Counted from the first letter of the stretch, positions 37,518 to 46,440 are shown. The stretch is 64,000 bases of DNA from Trueperaceae bacterium (GCA_965213705.1 OZ243913.1:4128001-4192000), one strand, 5' to 3'. Translations and numbers: made by a program. Notes: generated by a model not told the origin, from the sequence alone.

Positions 37518-39110
37518 TCAGTTCTGCAAGGCGGAAGGCGAAAAGTCCACAGCTATCCCTAGCCAAGTGCTGCCTTTCTCCTTGCGCACCTTTTGCGCCG
37601 GCCATTCCAGCACCCGCACCGCCTCCTCGAGTCTTTTCGAGAAGCCGATAATGGAGCCGACTCGGTGACCGCTGCCGCCCCGCCTTTGCCAGCGGGTCTT
37701 TTCTTGTCCGTAGAGGTTATGTTTACCGGTAGCAGTCTCTACATCCTCTCCCTCGCACCAAATCCGCCAGGCTTCGAATAATTCCATTGAGCGCGCCTCG
37801 CCTGTTTTGTCGACTCGACAACGCTCCTGCAGAAAGAGGAGAACGGGGTTGCTGTTGGAGAGAAACTCGAGCCGCTGCGTTTCATCGCCGTACGAGCTGA
37901 AGCGGTAGTTGTTGGCTTGTAACATCGCCCAGCCGGTCAAGGCCCAAAGCAGGATGCCGGAGAGTTCTTCAGGGGTGGTGAGGTCTTTTAACAAGGTTGG
38001 GTTGACCTCAGCCTCTTTCGGCCTCACCTCGAAGGGCAAGAGGATGAGTCGCCGGTCGATAGAGTTGTTGGCGCTGTCGCCGCCGGTATGGATGAAGTCG
38101 TTGGCGCTGATGACGAGCTTGGCCTCGAGTCGAATGTCGAAGGGGCGCTTGTACTTTGGGTTGACCAGCACCCGGTCTTCACCGACGACCTTCTTGAAGC
38201 CGATGAGGTTGGCTCGAGCTGGAACCTCGGAGATGTAAATGAGGCGTTTTCCCACAGCGTTCACAAGCGAGGGTGAGCCGTCGTTGAGTTCTTCGATGTC
38301 CAAGTTAGTGCTGAGGCCGTGTTCACCCCCCGACAACAGGTGCTGCATCACCGAAAGAAGCGTACCCTTGCCGGTACCGCCCGGTCCTTTCAAATAGAGC
38401 GCTCGCTGTAAAAAAGTATGGGGTGTGAGCGCGTAACCCATGAACTCTTGCAGGGTCTGTCGGTGTGTTTCGTTGGGAACAGTCCTCTCCAAAAACGCCT
38501 GGAAGTGGGGTGCTGTCGCATCTAGCTCGAAAGCGGTAGGAGCCTGTGCAAACGTCACGACCTCCGGCGTGTGAGGTTTTAGCTCGAGCGTTTCCAAATC
38601 CACGAGTCCGTTACGAACGTTCAACAAGGGGAGTGAAGACGGCGGCTGTTCTAAGAAGATGCCCTCGGCGCGGCTGAGTTTGGCGAGCACGTCGTGGAGG
38701 GTGCGTTCGCTCGGGGTGTAGCTCTTATTTTCTAACAGAGTAGCGATGCGTTTGAGCATCGCCTCGCCCAGCGTCTTCTTATAGACACCGCTTTCGTAAA
38801 CAAACCACTCCTGCCACGCTGCCACGTAGCGTAGGTGTAAATCCTTCTCCACCCAATAAGCAAGAACGATGTCGCGCAGGCGGGTGGCGTCGGCCGAACG
38901 CTCAGTCGTGAGGCAGCGCCTCGCTTCGGCTACGCTGATTGAGGTGCGCTTTTTAAGTCGCTGGAGAACGAGGTTCTGCTCGAGCGCTGACAGCGTAGTA
39001 AGTTGACTAAAGAAGCTTGAGGCGGCGAGCTGCTCGAGTGCCTGCTCAGGGTCGGCGGGTAAGGCGTCGACTTGCGCTTTGAGGTGCTCGCGCGAGCACA
39101 GCTCCAGCAT
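37518..39110 (-). CDS. D5-like/P4-family SF3 helicase
   Basis: LNVRNGLVDL..LELKPHTP, LQEFMGY, GPGGTGKGT, GKRLIYISE, KLVISAN, RRLILLPF. Confidence 0.9.
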   Translation of the reverse strand: MLELCSREHLKAQVDALPADPEQALEQLAASSFFSQLTTLSALEQNLVLQRLKKRTSISVAEARRCLTTERSADATRLRDIVLAYWVEKDLHLRYVAAWQEWFVYESGVYKKTLGEAMLKRIATLLENKSYTPSERTLHDVLAKLSRAEGIFLEQPPSSLPLLNVRNGLVDLETLELKPHTPEVVTFAQAPTAFELDATAPHFQAFLERTVPNETHRQTLQEFMGYALTPHTFLQRALYLKGPGGTGKGTLLSVMQHLLSGGEHGLSTNLDIEELNDGSPSLVNAVGKRLIYISEVPARANLIGFKKVVGEDRVLVNPKYKRPFDIRLEAKLVISANDFIHTGGDSANNSIDRRLILLPFEVRPKEAEVNPTLLKDLTTPEELSGILLWALTGWAMLQANNYRFSSYGDETQRLEFLSNSNPVLLFLQERCRVDKTGEARSMELFEAWRIWCEGEDVETATGKHNLYGQEKTRWQRRGGSGHRVGSIIGFSKRLEEAVRVLEWPAQKVRKEKGSTWLGIAVDFSPSALQN

Positions 39111-39967
39111 TAAGACTCGCGTTCGAGAAGGGCTGTCGGCATCGGACGTGGTGCCAAGCAACCCGCGTTCAGGCCGCTTTGAATGGTGCGTGCGGCTTCA
39201 CGGTCTGGAAGACCACAGGTCTGAGCAGCGGCCATCAGTACCGATTCGATTTCGTCAACTGTTAAAAGTTCAAGTGCCGCGTAGCCGCCGAGGGCGTAGG
39301 CCGCACGGTTGAGCCGGTCATTGCGAGCGCCTTCGGCCGTAGCAGCAACGAGGTCGTGCTCCGACCGAAGGGCTGCTAGCGCGTAGCGTCGGGCGTGATC
39401 TCCTGCTTTATCAGGAAAAGCTGTCTCAACCTTGATGGGCGGCGGGGGTGAAATGGCTTTCAGTAGAGTTTCGCTAATAGCGGGCAAGTGCAACGGACGC
39501 ACCAGCTCAAGTTCCCAATAGTAAGCGCTGTTCGCCACTGAGCTTGGCGGAACCACCAAGTAGGCGCGTCCAAGACCACGCAAGTCCACCGCTCCACCCG
39601 CAGCCTTGACGCGCGTCTTTAGAGGTTCACCTTCCGCTCCTACATTGAGCTTGATCCACAGATGGATACCACCGCGTGGAGTGCGGGCTCTCGGTGCCCC
39701 ATGCAGTTCTGGGTAGGTGTCAAACCAGTTCTTAGCTACAATGCCATCATCAAAATCCAACACCAGTACGTCTTCCGGCGGAAGCACTGCGAGATTTGCC
39801 TGCGGCCACTGTCTCCACCAGGCTTCGATAAGTCCGATATCGGCGCTGGCAGCGCGAAGCCCCTGTTTGATGAGCGGATACTTGCCGTCAGGCGCGCAGG
39901 GCAACACGGGGTATCCCAAGCCGGTGTAGCCGAGGGCTGCCTGTAGAGTTGGTGCGAACCGAGTCAC
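39110..39967 (-). CDS. Bifunctional DNA primase/polymerase (Prim-Pol) with PriCT-like C-terminus
   Basis: GYPVLPC...K.P, WWRQWPQANLAV, VLDFD, TPRGGIHLW, VDLRG...YLVVPPS, EGARNDRLN. Confidence 0.9.
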   Translation of the reverse strand: MTRFAPTLQAALGYTGLGYPVLPCAPDGKYPLIKQGLRAASADIGLIEAWWRQWPQANLAVLPPEDVLVLDFDDGIVAKNWFDTYPELHGAPRARTPRGGIHLWIKLNVGAEGEPLKTRVKAAGGAVDLRGLGRAYLVVPPSSVANSAYYWELELVRPLHLPAISETLLKAISPPPPIKVETAFPDKAGDHARRYALAALRSEHDLVAATAEGARNDRLNRAAYALGGYAALELLTVDEIESVLMAAAQTCGLPDREAARTIQSGLNAGCLAPRPMPTALLERES

Positions 39968-40611
39968 AAACACCTGCCAGAGATGCCCAAAGTCGGTTGA
40001 GCATCCTGTGACCCGGAACCTGAACGCATTGATGCAGCTGCCCAAGCTTGGAGGGAAGTCTCGAGCGCGCAAGAAACCCGTCGCCGGTCGCGGGTGCGCC
40101 GATAAAGCCTTATTTCATGTCCATGACGTTTCAGCCAAGCTGTGGCAGCAGCACGGGTGACGCCGCGCCTTTTAGCATAGGCGCCAATCTCGAGCCAACC
40201 CGGAAGCGGGGTGTCGCCAAGGTGCAAGCGCAGATGATTCAGGTCCTCGGGGCAATAGTAGTGGATGTTTCCAGCGCGGGCAGTTCGTACCTCACCCCGC
40301 TCGACAGCCCGGTAGATGAGGGAAGGATGGCAGCCTGCAAGATCGGCTGCACTTTCAATACCGACCCAGTCGCGCGGGCGACTCGCAACGCGTTCGACCC
40401 CTGAGGCTTCGGTAGCTTCTCGGTAACGCTCTAAGATGTCGACATTGACATAACGGAACCTGCCGACGTGTGGGCAGCGCCGCAGTAAGCCATGCCGCTT
40501 AAGCCAATCGTGCAGCGACTGCCGACAAATACCTAAAAGGTCGGCCGCCTCGCTCAGGGTGAAGCGGTCACCCTCGACAGGCCCCTCTCTACACTCCTTC
40601 TGCTGCGTCAT
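39964..40611 (-). CDS. Protein with three MerR/excisionase-like HTH repeats
   Basis: FTLSEAADLLGICRQSLHDW; VGIESAADLAGCHPSLIYRAV; LEIGAYAKRRGVTRAAATAW; AGGAGG RBS. Confidence 0.7.
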   Translation of the reverse strand: MTQQKECREGPVEGDRFTLSEAADLLGICRQSLHDWLKRHGLLRRCPHVGRFRYVNVDILERYREATEASGVERVASRPRDWVGIESAADLAGCHPSLIYRAVERGEVRTARAGNIHYYCPEDLNHLRLHLGDTPLPGWLEIGAYAKRRGVTRAAATAWLKRHGHEIRLYRRTRDRRRVSCALETSLQAWAAASMRSGSGSQDAQPTLGISGRCL

Positions 40612-40870
40612 TGCTGTGAGCCTCCTTAACACCCAGTTCGCTAAAGTCTTTTTGGTTTCCCTTGTCGAGTCGTACAAGCGGGTTTATGACCTCCTTTGTT
40701 CGCGGTGGGTTTGGATTTGTTGACAAGGAAGAACCCTCAAGCCTGTCGAGAACGTTATTGATACTGACCAACGCTTCACCGATGAGCTGCCGTTGCCCTT
40801 CGGTCTGAATCACCTCGGCACTTTTAATCAGCGCCGCGCGACGCCTATGAAGTTCGTCAATGCCGACCAT
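40589..40870 (-). CDS. Hypothetical protein of the replication operon
   Basis: ORF in operon orientation with an AAGGA RBS; no recognised motif. Confidence 0.4.
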   Translation of the reverse strand: MVGIDELHRRRAALIKSAEVIQTEGQRQLIGEALVSINNVLDRLEGSSLSTNPNPPRTKEVINPLVRLDKGNQKDFSELGVKEAHSNDAAEGV

Positions 40871-41069
40871 CAGACAATCCTTGTCATAGAGAAAGTACCT
40901 GCACGCTTTGCGTGCTCATTGGTGCTCCAGCTTGTGAGCACTTCAAGTGCCAGGCAAGGGTGAAACGGATAACACTCACGGTGTAGTTTTGACAGGGATG
41001 GGTGGGCTCGAGGTGCAACCCTACAGGCTCAGGCAGTATGTTTGGCATCGACCTACCCGTCATGTCTGC

Positions 41070-41357
41070 TTAGTTGAGAGGGTCATCCGACTGACCCCGC
41101 TGATACTCTAAGAGGCGGTCAAAGGTGATACGTCGGCGTCCCCGCTGCTTAGCGCCATGAGAGCGCAAGATGGCGTAGGCTTCGTGCTTCGAATAGCCAA
41201 ACTCCTGTTGCAATTGCTCGGCATCGTAGATAAGCCGGGCGACATGAAAGGTACTCGCTTGTTGGGTTTGCTTGAAATCTCTGAAGTCGCTGCGCAACGC
41301 TCTCAACTCTTGCATCAGGGGCTCGAGCAGCTTGGCGAAGGCAGCTTCAAGACTCAT
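41070..41357 (-). CDS. Excisionase-like protein (coiled coil plus winged HTH)
   Basis: AAGGAG RBS; LIYDAEQLQQEFGYSKHEAYAIL...RRRITFDRLLEY. Confidence 0.6.
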   Translation of the reverse strand: MSLEAAFAKLLEPLMQELRALRSDFRDFKQTQQASTFHVARLIYDAEQLQQEFGYSKHEAYAILRSHGAKQRGRRRITFDRLLEYQRGQSDDPLN

Positions 41358-41568
41358 AGACTTTTTCTCCTTTGGGACGTGCCGTAAGGTCGAGATCGAC
41401 AGCAACTAATATCTTGGTGGCGGTGTCTATTGTGATCGAACCTATACCGTTCTTGGCGCGTCTTGCCGTTTCGTAAGAAACGCCTGCCTCCTCGGCAAGC
41501 CTCATAGGCGACCAGCCGCGCAGCCCCAGTTCCTTTTGTAGAACCTCTGCCAGTGTCTCTTTCTTCAC
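41347..41568 (-). CDS. Cro-like Xre HTH regulator
   Basis: RGWSPMRLAEEAGVSYETARRA; divergent from the CI-like gene. Confidence 0.8.
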   Translation of the reverse strand: MKKETLAEVLQKELGLRGWSPMRLAEEAGVSYETARRAKNGIGSITIDTATKILVAVDLDLTARPKGEKVYES

Positions 41569-41574
41569 ACAAAT

Positions 41575-41620
41575 ATGTTAGTGCAGAGCTATTGACATGT
41601 CAAGACTAATTTACTAGTAT
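41575..41620. promoter_or_regulatory. Back-to-back sigma70-type promoters sharing a palindromic -35 (TTGACATGTCAA)
   Basis: Plus strand TTGACA 41592-41597, 17 nt, TAGTAT 41615-41620; minus strand TTGACA 41603-41598, 17 nt, TAACAT 41580-41575, then 6 nt to the cro GTG. Confidence 0.8.
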
Positions 41621-41665
41621 AAATATAGCTGTAGCAACTCTTTAGTAGAACTGGAGTTTCTAGCT

Positions 41666-42469
41666 ATGCCTTCGACAGCCAATTCCACCAGCGCAGAGCT
41701 TAAAACGCCGCGTCCAAAGTACGGAGAGGTGCTTGCTCTAAGGCGTGAGGAGGTGGGTTTCGCGAGGCAAATTGAGGTTTCTCAGCGCTCGCTCGAACTT
41801 GCTGCTGAAGCTACTGAACACTTCGAGTCTTTTAGCCAACAGTGGCTCTCACGCCTCGAGGCAGACCAGACAGGCGAACGAATCGATGCGGCGAACCGGC
41901 GTAAACTCCGCACCCTTTCTTACCTGCTGGGCTGGAATAGCTTTGACTTCGAGCATCATGTCGGCATTCCAGTGGGGACGGTACCGGGCTTGGGAGAGGT
42001 TGGCGAGAATAAGGTCGTCACCTTTAGAGAGCGTGGTGACGACCCGAGTAGCTTACGCGTGCGCATTCCTGTTTACTCGAGTATAGCTGCCGGGGTCAAA
42101 AGCTTCACAAAGGACGAGACCCCGCCGAGCTACCACTATTTCGAGCCAGATGAGCTACCTAAAGGTGTCAATCCAAACAAGCTCTATCTCGTATGCGCTA
42201 CGGACACAAGTCTGTATGAGGTGAACCTGGTATTTCCTGTGCCGGAAGGTGCCCGACTCCTTATCGAGACGGGTAGACCGCCGAAAGAAGGTCAACTGGT
42301 TATCGCTTACCTTCCTGAGTTGGATATAGGTGTCATCAGACAGCACCAAAGCCAGGCGAGGGAGGTGATTTTGCGTAGTTATCGCGTAGGTGGCCCTGTG
42401 TTCTGGGCGAGCGGACATCCCGAACTGAGGGTCGAAGGCATCGTGCGGCTCGTGAGTTACGAGCCTTGA
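41666..42469 (+). CDS. CI/LexA-like repressor (HTH plus S24 peptidase-like domain)
   Basis: SQQWLSRLE HTH; IPVYSSIAAG cleavage-site motif; TDTSL serine motif; GQLVIA. Confidence 0.8.
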   Translation: MPSTANSTSAELKTPRPKYGEVLALRREEVGFARQIEVSQRSLELAAEATEHFESFSQQWLSRLEADQTGERIDAANRRKLRTLSYLLGWNSFDFEHHVGIPVGTVPGLGEVGENKVVTFRERGDDPSSLRVRIPVYSSIAAGVKSFTKDETPPSYHYFEPDELPKGVNPNKLYLVCATDTSLYEVNLVFPVPEGARLLIETGRPPKEGQLVIAYLPELDIGVIRQHQSQAREVILRSYRVGGPVFWASGHPELRVEGIVRLVSYEP

Positions 42470-42480
42470 GGAGGCTAGCG

Positions 42481-43581
42481 GTGGGTCGGAATGCACCAGG
42501 TGAAGGACAAGCTCCCCACAAATGGCGGGGCAAGTGGCGCGGAAGTATTTTTGTCAATTACGACGAGAAAGGGAAACAAAAACGCAAATACTGCTACGGA
42601 AAAACCCGCGAAGACTGCTTGACAAAGTGGAACGCTTTAAAGCGCCAACAACAAGACGGCACGCTGCCCACGGGACCAAGCTTAACTGTGAAACAGTGGT
42701 TCGACCACTGGCTGCAAGTCAAAGACAAGGAGATAAGTTCACGTACCTTGGAAGACTACGGCTACACGCTGAGACACATCCTTCCCCACATCGGCCGGAC
42801 CAAGCTTGATAAACTGACACCTTTGCAGGTTCAACGTATGCAGCTGGCTGTTGCAGATGCAGTCAGTGCTCGAGCCGCGGTGCAAGCACGAGGCCTTGTC
42901 CATAACGCCCTCGACGACGCTCTAAAGCTCGGTCTCGTGGCGCGCAACGTCGTGGCAGCGGTTGCTCCGGTCAAGTACGAAAAGCCCGAATTTCAGATTT
43001 GGACGGCTGCGGAAGTTGTGAGATTTTTAGAGTTCGCCAAAGCCTCACCCTACTACTCCCTTTACTACACAGCCTTGACCCTCGGTATGCGTCCTGGTGA
43101 ACTTATCGCTCTGCACTGGGACGACATAGCCGGCACCAAGGTGCATGTGAGGCACAACGTTTCCATCATTAAAAACAAGCCCGTTTTGGGTGCGCCCAAG
43201 ACCAAGCGGGGCAACCGTATCCTCACGCTGCCGGACGATACTTTAGAAGTTCTAAAACAGCACCGAGAAGCCTTGGCACAAGACAGGTGTGACAGCCCAC
43301 TCGTCTTTCCAAGCCGCACGGGCGGCTTTTTGCAGCACGGCAACCTGCTGCGCACCCTGCGCCTTTACAGTGAACGTGCCGAGGTTACACAAGTGCGGAT
43401 GCACGATTTGCGCCACACTTACGCTTCGATGCGGATTGCTCACGGGGCAGACATTGTCAGGCTATCCCGAGACTTGGGTCATGCCAACGCTAGCTTTACA
43501 CTGGATGTTTACGCCCACCTGTTCACAAAGCATCAGCAACATGAGGCACCCTCGCTCAACGAACTAGTGGGGATGGTTTGA
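42481..43581 (+). CDS. Tyrosine integrase (phage/ICE type)
   Basis: N-terminal arm-binding GEG...KRKYCYGKT; catalytic GMRPGE, PKT, HDLRHTYAS, LGH, TLDVYAH. Confidence 0.96.
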   Translation: MGRNAPGEGQAPHKWRGKWRGSIFVNYDEKGKQKRKYCYGKTREDCLTKWNALKRQQQDGTLPTGPSLTVKQWFDHWLQVKDKEISSRTLEDYGYTLRHILPHIGRTKLDKLTPLQVQRMQLAVADAVSARAAVQARGLVHNALDDALKLGLVARNVVAAVAPVKYEKPEFQIWTAAEVVRFLEFAKASPYYSLYYTALTLGMRPGELIALHWDDIAGTKVHVRHNVSIIKNKPVLGAPKTKRGNRILTLPDDTLEVLKQHREALAQDRCDSPLVFPSRTGGFLQHGNLLRTLRLYSERAEVTQVRMHDLRHTYASMRIAHGADIVRLSRDLGHANASFTLDVYAHLFTKHQQHEAPSLNELVGMV

Positions 43582-43595
43582 ACTTTTAACTGGCT

Positions 43596-43642
43596 AGTGG
43601 GTATATCAGTGGGTATTTCGGTGAATTCACCGAAATACCCAC
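43596..43642. repeat. Direct repeats AGTGGGTAT plus a perfect 34-bp palindrome (43609-43642), probable integrase arm sites
   Basis: GTGGGTATTTCGGTGAATTCACCGAAATACCCAC is its own reverse complement; AGTGGGTAT at 43596 and 43608, AGTGGGGAT at 43566. Confidence 0.8.
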
Positions 43643-43681
43643 AAAAAGCCCTCTGAGTTTTTTCGTCTCAGAGGGCTTTTT
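43643..43681. terminator. Bidirectional intrinsic terminator between integrase and tRNA
   Basis: AAAAAGCCCTCTGAG-loop-CTCAGAGGGCTTTTT. Confidence 0.88.
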
Positions 43682-43683
43682 CC

Positions 43684-43760
43684 TGGTGGGCCCTGGGGGA
43701 CTTGAACCCACGACCAATCGATTATGAGTCGACTGCTCTAACCAACTGAGCTAAGGGCCC
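43684..43760 (-). tRNA. tRNA-Ile2 (anticodon CAT, lysidine type); ICE attachment locus
   Basis: GGGCCCTTAGCTCAGTTGGTTAGAGCAGTCGACTCATAATCGATTGGTCGTGGGTTCAAGTCCCCCAGGGCCCACCA folds as a cloverleaf; closely resembles ileX-type rather than Met tRNAs. Confidence 0.93.
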
Positions 43761-43928
43761 GCGTAACAGCGCGCACAGCCGCGACGGGCAAGTTCGCCGA
43801 CGGGGAACGGGCTCGAGCGCGGTTTTCGCCCCGGCAGTATAGCACCTCCCGCCGCGCGAATCGGTTACGGCGAACCGGGCGTAGCGAACCGGGCGGTTTC
43901 ACTGACCCCAGCGTGCTACTTTGGCGCT

Positions 43929-44960
43929 GTGTCCGCCGTTTTGTCGCTCGCCGACGTAACCTCCGCCCAAAACGCCCTGCCCAGTTTTACGCCGCCGCCC
44001 CGCTTCGGTTTGACCACGTTTGCGGGTTACCGTCCGCAGCACCCCAGCCAGCAAGAAGCCCTGGCGCGGACCGAACGGTTTGTGGCCGCCGCGACCGAAG
44101 CCGAGGCTTTTCGCTGGCCCTGGCAAAACCCGGCACAGGGCAAGGGCTTGTACTTGGACGGCGGTTTCGGCGTGGGTAAAACGCACCTGCTGGCCGCCGC
44201 CTACAGCGCTTGCGAGGTAGCCGCCGACCAGAAACTGTACACCTCGTTCGCCGAACTCGTCCACGTTATCGGCGTGTTGGGTGTGGCGGAGGCCAAAGAG
44301 AAGTTGGGTGCGCGCAAACTGTACTGCGTCGACGAGTTCGAACTCGACGACCCCGGCAACACCCTCATCGTAAAGACGTTTTTGGCGCACGTGTTCGGGC
44401 GTGGCGGCTGCGTCATTACAACCTCGAACACGCCGCCCGAGGCGCAGGGACAGGGGCGCTTCAACGCCGAAGACTTTAAGCGCGAAATCCAGAGCGTCGC
44501 CGAACGGTTCGAGACGGTGCGAGTTGCGGGGCCGGACTACCGCCAGCGCGACCGCGTCGCCGCGTTGTTGAGCGGGACGGAGTTGGCAAGGCTCGAGACC
44601 CTCGAGACAGCCGCCAAACCCAAAGTCCACGCAGGCTGGTCGGAACTGCTCGAGACCCTGCGCGCCACCCACCCGGTCCGCTACGGGGCGCTGCTGGCGC
44701 AAATAGGCGTTCTTTACGTCGAGGGGGTCGCCCCCATCCCGGAGCAAAACGACGCGCTGAGGTTCGTACACTTCGTCGACAAACTCTACAACTTGCAGGT
44801 CGGGCTGAGGTTGGCGGGGGAAGGTGCGCTCGAGCACCTGTTCGACGCGTCTTACCGCGACGGGGCCTACGCCAAAAAGCACTACCGCGCCCTGTCGCGA
44901 ATCTCGGAACTGCTCGAGGAAAAGTTCAGCGACGAACAACCCGCAGCGAGCGCGCCGTAG
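43929..44960 (+). CDS. zapE: Cell division ATPase ZapE (AFG1 family)
   Basis: GLYLDGGFGVGKTHLL, CVDEFELDDPG, TTSNT, ALRFVHFVDKLY. Confidence 0.9.
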   Translation: MSAVLSLADVTSAQNALPSFTPPPRFGLTTFAGYRPQHPSQQEALARTERFVAAATEAEAFRWPWQNPAQGKGLYLDGGFGVGKTHLLAAAYSACEVAADQKLYTSFAELVHVIGVLGVAEAKEKLGARKLYCVDEFELDDPGNTLIVKTFLAHVFGRGGCVITTSNTPPEAQGQGRFNAEDFKREIQSVAERFETVRVAGPDYRQRDRVAALLSGTELARLETLETAAKPKVHAGWSELLETLRATHPVRYGALLAQIGVLYVEGVAPIPEQNDALRFVHFVDKLYNLQVGLRLAGEGALEHLFDASYRDGAYAKKHYRALSRISELLEEKFSDEQPAASAP

Positions 44961-44974
44961 GAACAAGCAAAAAC

Positions 44975-46159
44975 CTACAGCTCGGCCCTGGTCAACAAGT
45001 CCGCCACGATGGCGCGCGTGCCGCCCGGCGCGCCCAGCCGCGTGGCGGCGCTAGCGGTGCGGACGCGCTCCTTGGCGTCGGTGAGACGGGTGCGGAGCGC
45101 GGCGGCCACCGAACAGGGGCGCGGCGCGGTGACGGTGAGGGCGTCGCCGAGCAAGCGCCGCTGGTTGCGCAAAAAAGCCGAGGTATAAAGGGGCGGCACC
45201 GGAAATGAGATCACCCCCTTGCCGAGCGCCGCCGCTTGCTCGTTGGCCGTACCCGCCGTGCCCAGCACGATTCGCGCGGTGTGGAGAACGTCGCCGAAAC
45301 GCCCCTCGTAGACGTAAACTTTTTGCTCACGGTGAGCAAAAACCGTCTTCAACCCCTCGCTGTTTGGCGGAGGCACGCTCAGGGTCCACGGCGGCGGCGG
45401 CGGTGGCAACGTGCCCCCGGCCCAGGCGACGACGCCGGTCGCTTCGGGAATGTGGGCCAGCGCGCGGAGCATCGTGTCCAGAGCGGCGGGCGCGTAGCTG
45501 CGGGTGCCGGGCAACAGCGCAACGCAAACAGGCGCGGCCCCTTGTTCAGACCCGTGTTCGGGCATAGGTGCGCCCGCCACGCCGTCCAACATCGGGTTGC
45601 CGAGGGCGCTGACGCGTTGCAAACCTGTGCGCTTCAAAAAGGCCGCCGTCGCCGCGTCGCGCACGTAGACGTGCCGCGTCAACCGCCGCATCAGTGAGCG
45701 CTCGAGGGGTCCGATACGCTCCATAAACAGCCGGTTGGGGTGCCGGAACTTTTCGCCCGGACGACCGCGGTGATAGGCGGACACGAGCGTCTGAACCATA
45801 AAGCGCGTCTGGGTCCGGACCAAGCTTGCAAGCGACAGCGCGTACACGTCGCCGACGATGACGAGGACGTCGGTCTCGAGCCGCCGCAACGCAACTATTT
45901 GGTCGGCCGTCACGGCCAAAAATCCGGCACGCAGGTCCGCCAGCAACAGCTCCAAGCCGTGCATCGTCAGACCGCCGCTCGGTAGGACGCGGCGGGGGCC
46001 GAGGACGGGGACGTCCAGGCGGTCGTAAGCGCGGCCTTCGTCCACCGTGGGAAAAGCTTGAACTTGCAGGCCCGGACGCCGCCTCAAAAGCTCCTCGGCG
46101 AGAAGTGCGCCCACGGCGTCCTCGCCGTGTCCGTTTGAGAGAAACGTTACGGTAGGCAC
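44975..46159 (-). CDS. Lipid-A-disaccharide synthase-related GT-B protein
   Basis: SNGHGED, LPSGG, GNPMLD, LLPGTR, AGTANEQAAALG. Confidence 0.85.
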   Translation of the reverse strand: MPTVTFLSNGHGEDAVGALLAEELLRRRPGLQVQAFPTVDEGRAYDRLDVPVLGPRRVLPSGGLTMHGLELLLADLRAGFLAVTADQIVALRRLETDVLVIVGDVYALSLASLVRTQTRFMVQTLVSAYHRGRPGEKFRHPNRLFMERIGPLERSLMRRLTRHVYVRDAATAAFLKRTGLQRVSALGNPMLDGVAGAPMPEHGSEQGAAPVCVALLPGTRSYAPAALDTMLRALAHIPEATGVVAWAGGTLPPPPPPWTLSVPPPNSEGLKTVFAHREQKVYVYEGRFGDVLHTARIVLGTAGTANEQAAALGKGVISFPVPPLYTSAFLRNQRRLLGDALTVTAPRPCSVAAALRTRLTDAKERVRTASAATRLGAPGGTRAIVADLLTRAEL

Positions 46160-46440
46160 GTCAACGCCGCCCGGTGCTGAAAAGTGTCACGCCACAGTTT
46201 ACAGGGACCTGGTTGCAGCGGCTCAAAGACGCAGGATTGCGCAAAAACACAGAGGTCCGGCAAAGGTCTCGTCTCTCAAAACTAGGTATCGTCGTGAGCG
46301 TCCGACACCGGAGACCAAACCTGAAAACGGCGCTCGAGCAACCCCCTTTTGCAGAACTGGACCCAGGAAAGTCTTTCAGCTCTCAGGCTGCACGGCCGAT
46401 ACAAGGACAGCCGACATAAGGACAAAGGCTGCGACAGCGC

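Larger units (their letters stand above)
12036..43683. mobile_element. Integrative conjugative element at the 3' end of tRNA-Ile(CAT); left boundary not found and possibly left of the cas genes
   Basis: Tyrosine integrase next to the tRNA 3' end, repressor/Cro/excisionase-like genes, Prim-Pol and D5 helicase, T4SS genes, TA pair and cargo; gene content changes to housekeeping immediately beyond the tRNA. Confidence 0.85.

Noticed and set aside
37518..43581. Prophage
   Set aside because: No terminase, portal, capsid, tail or lysis genes; only integration, regulation and replication functions.
43684..43760. tRNA-Met assignment for the CAT anticodon
   Set aside because: The sequence follows the ileX-type pattern and lacks initiator features (it has a paired 1:72 position and no GGG/CCC anticodon stem).
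43870..43896. Short direct repeat GCGAACCGGGCG x2 between tRNA and zapE
   Set aside because: Only two copies in GC-rich intergenic DNA, with no supporting context.
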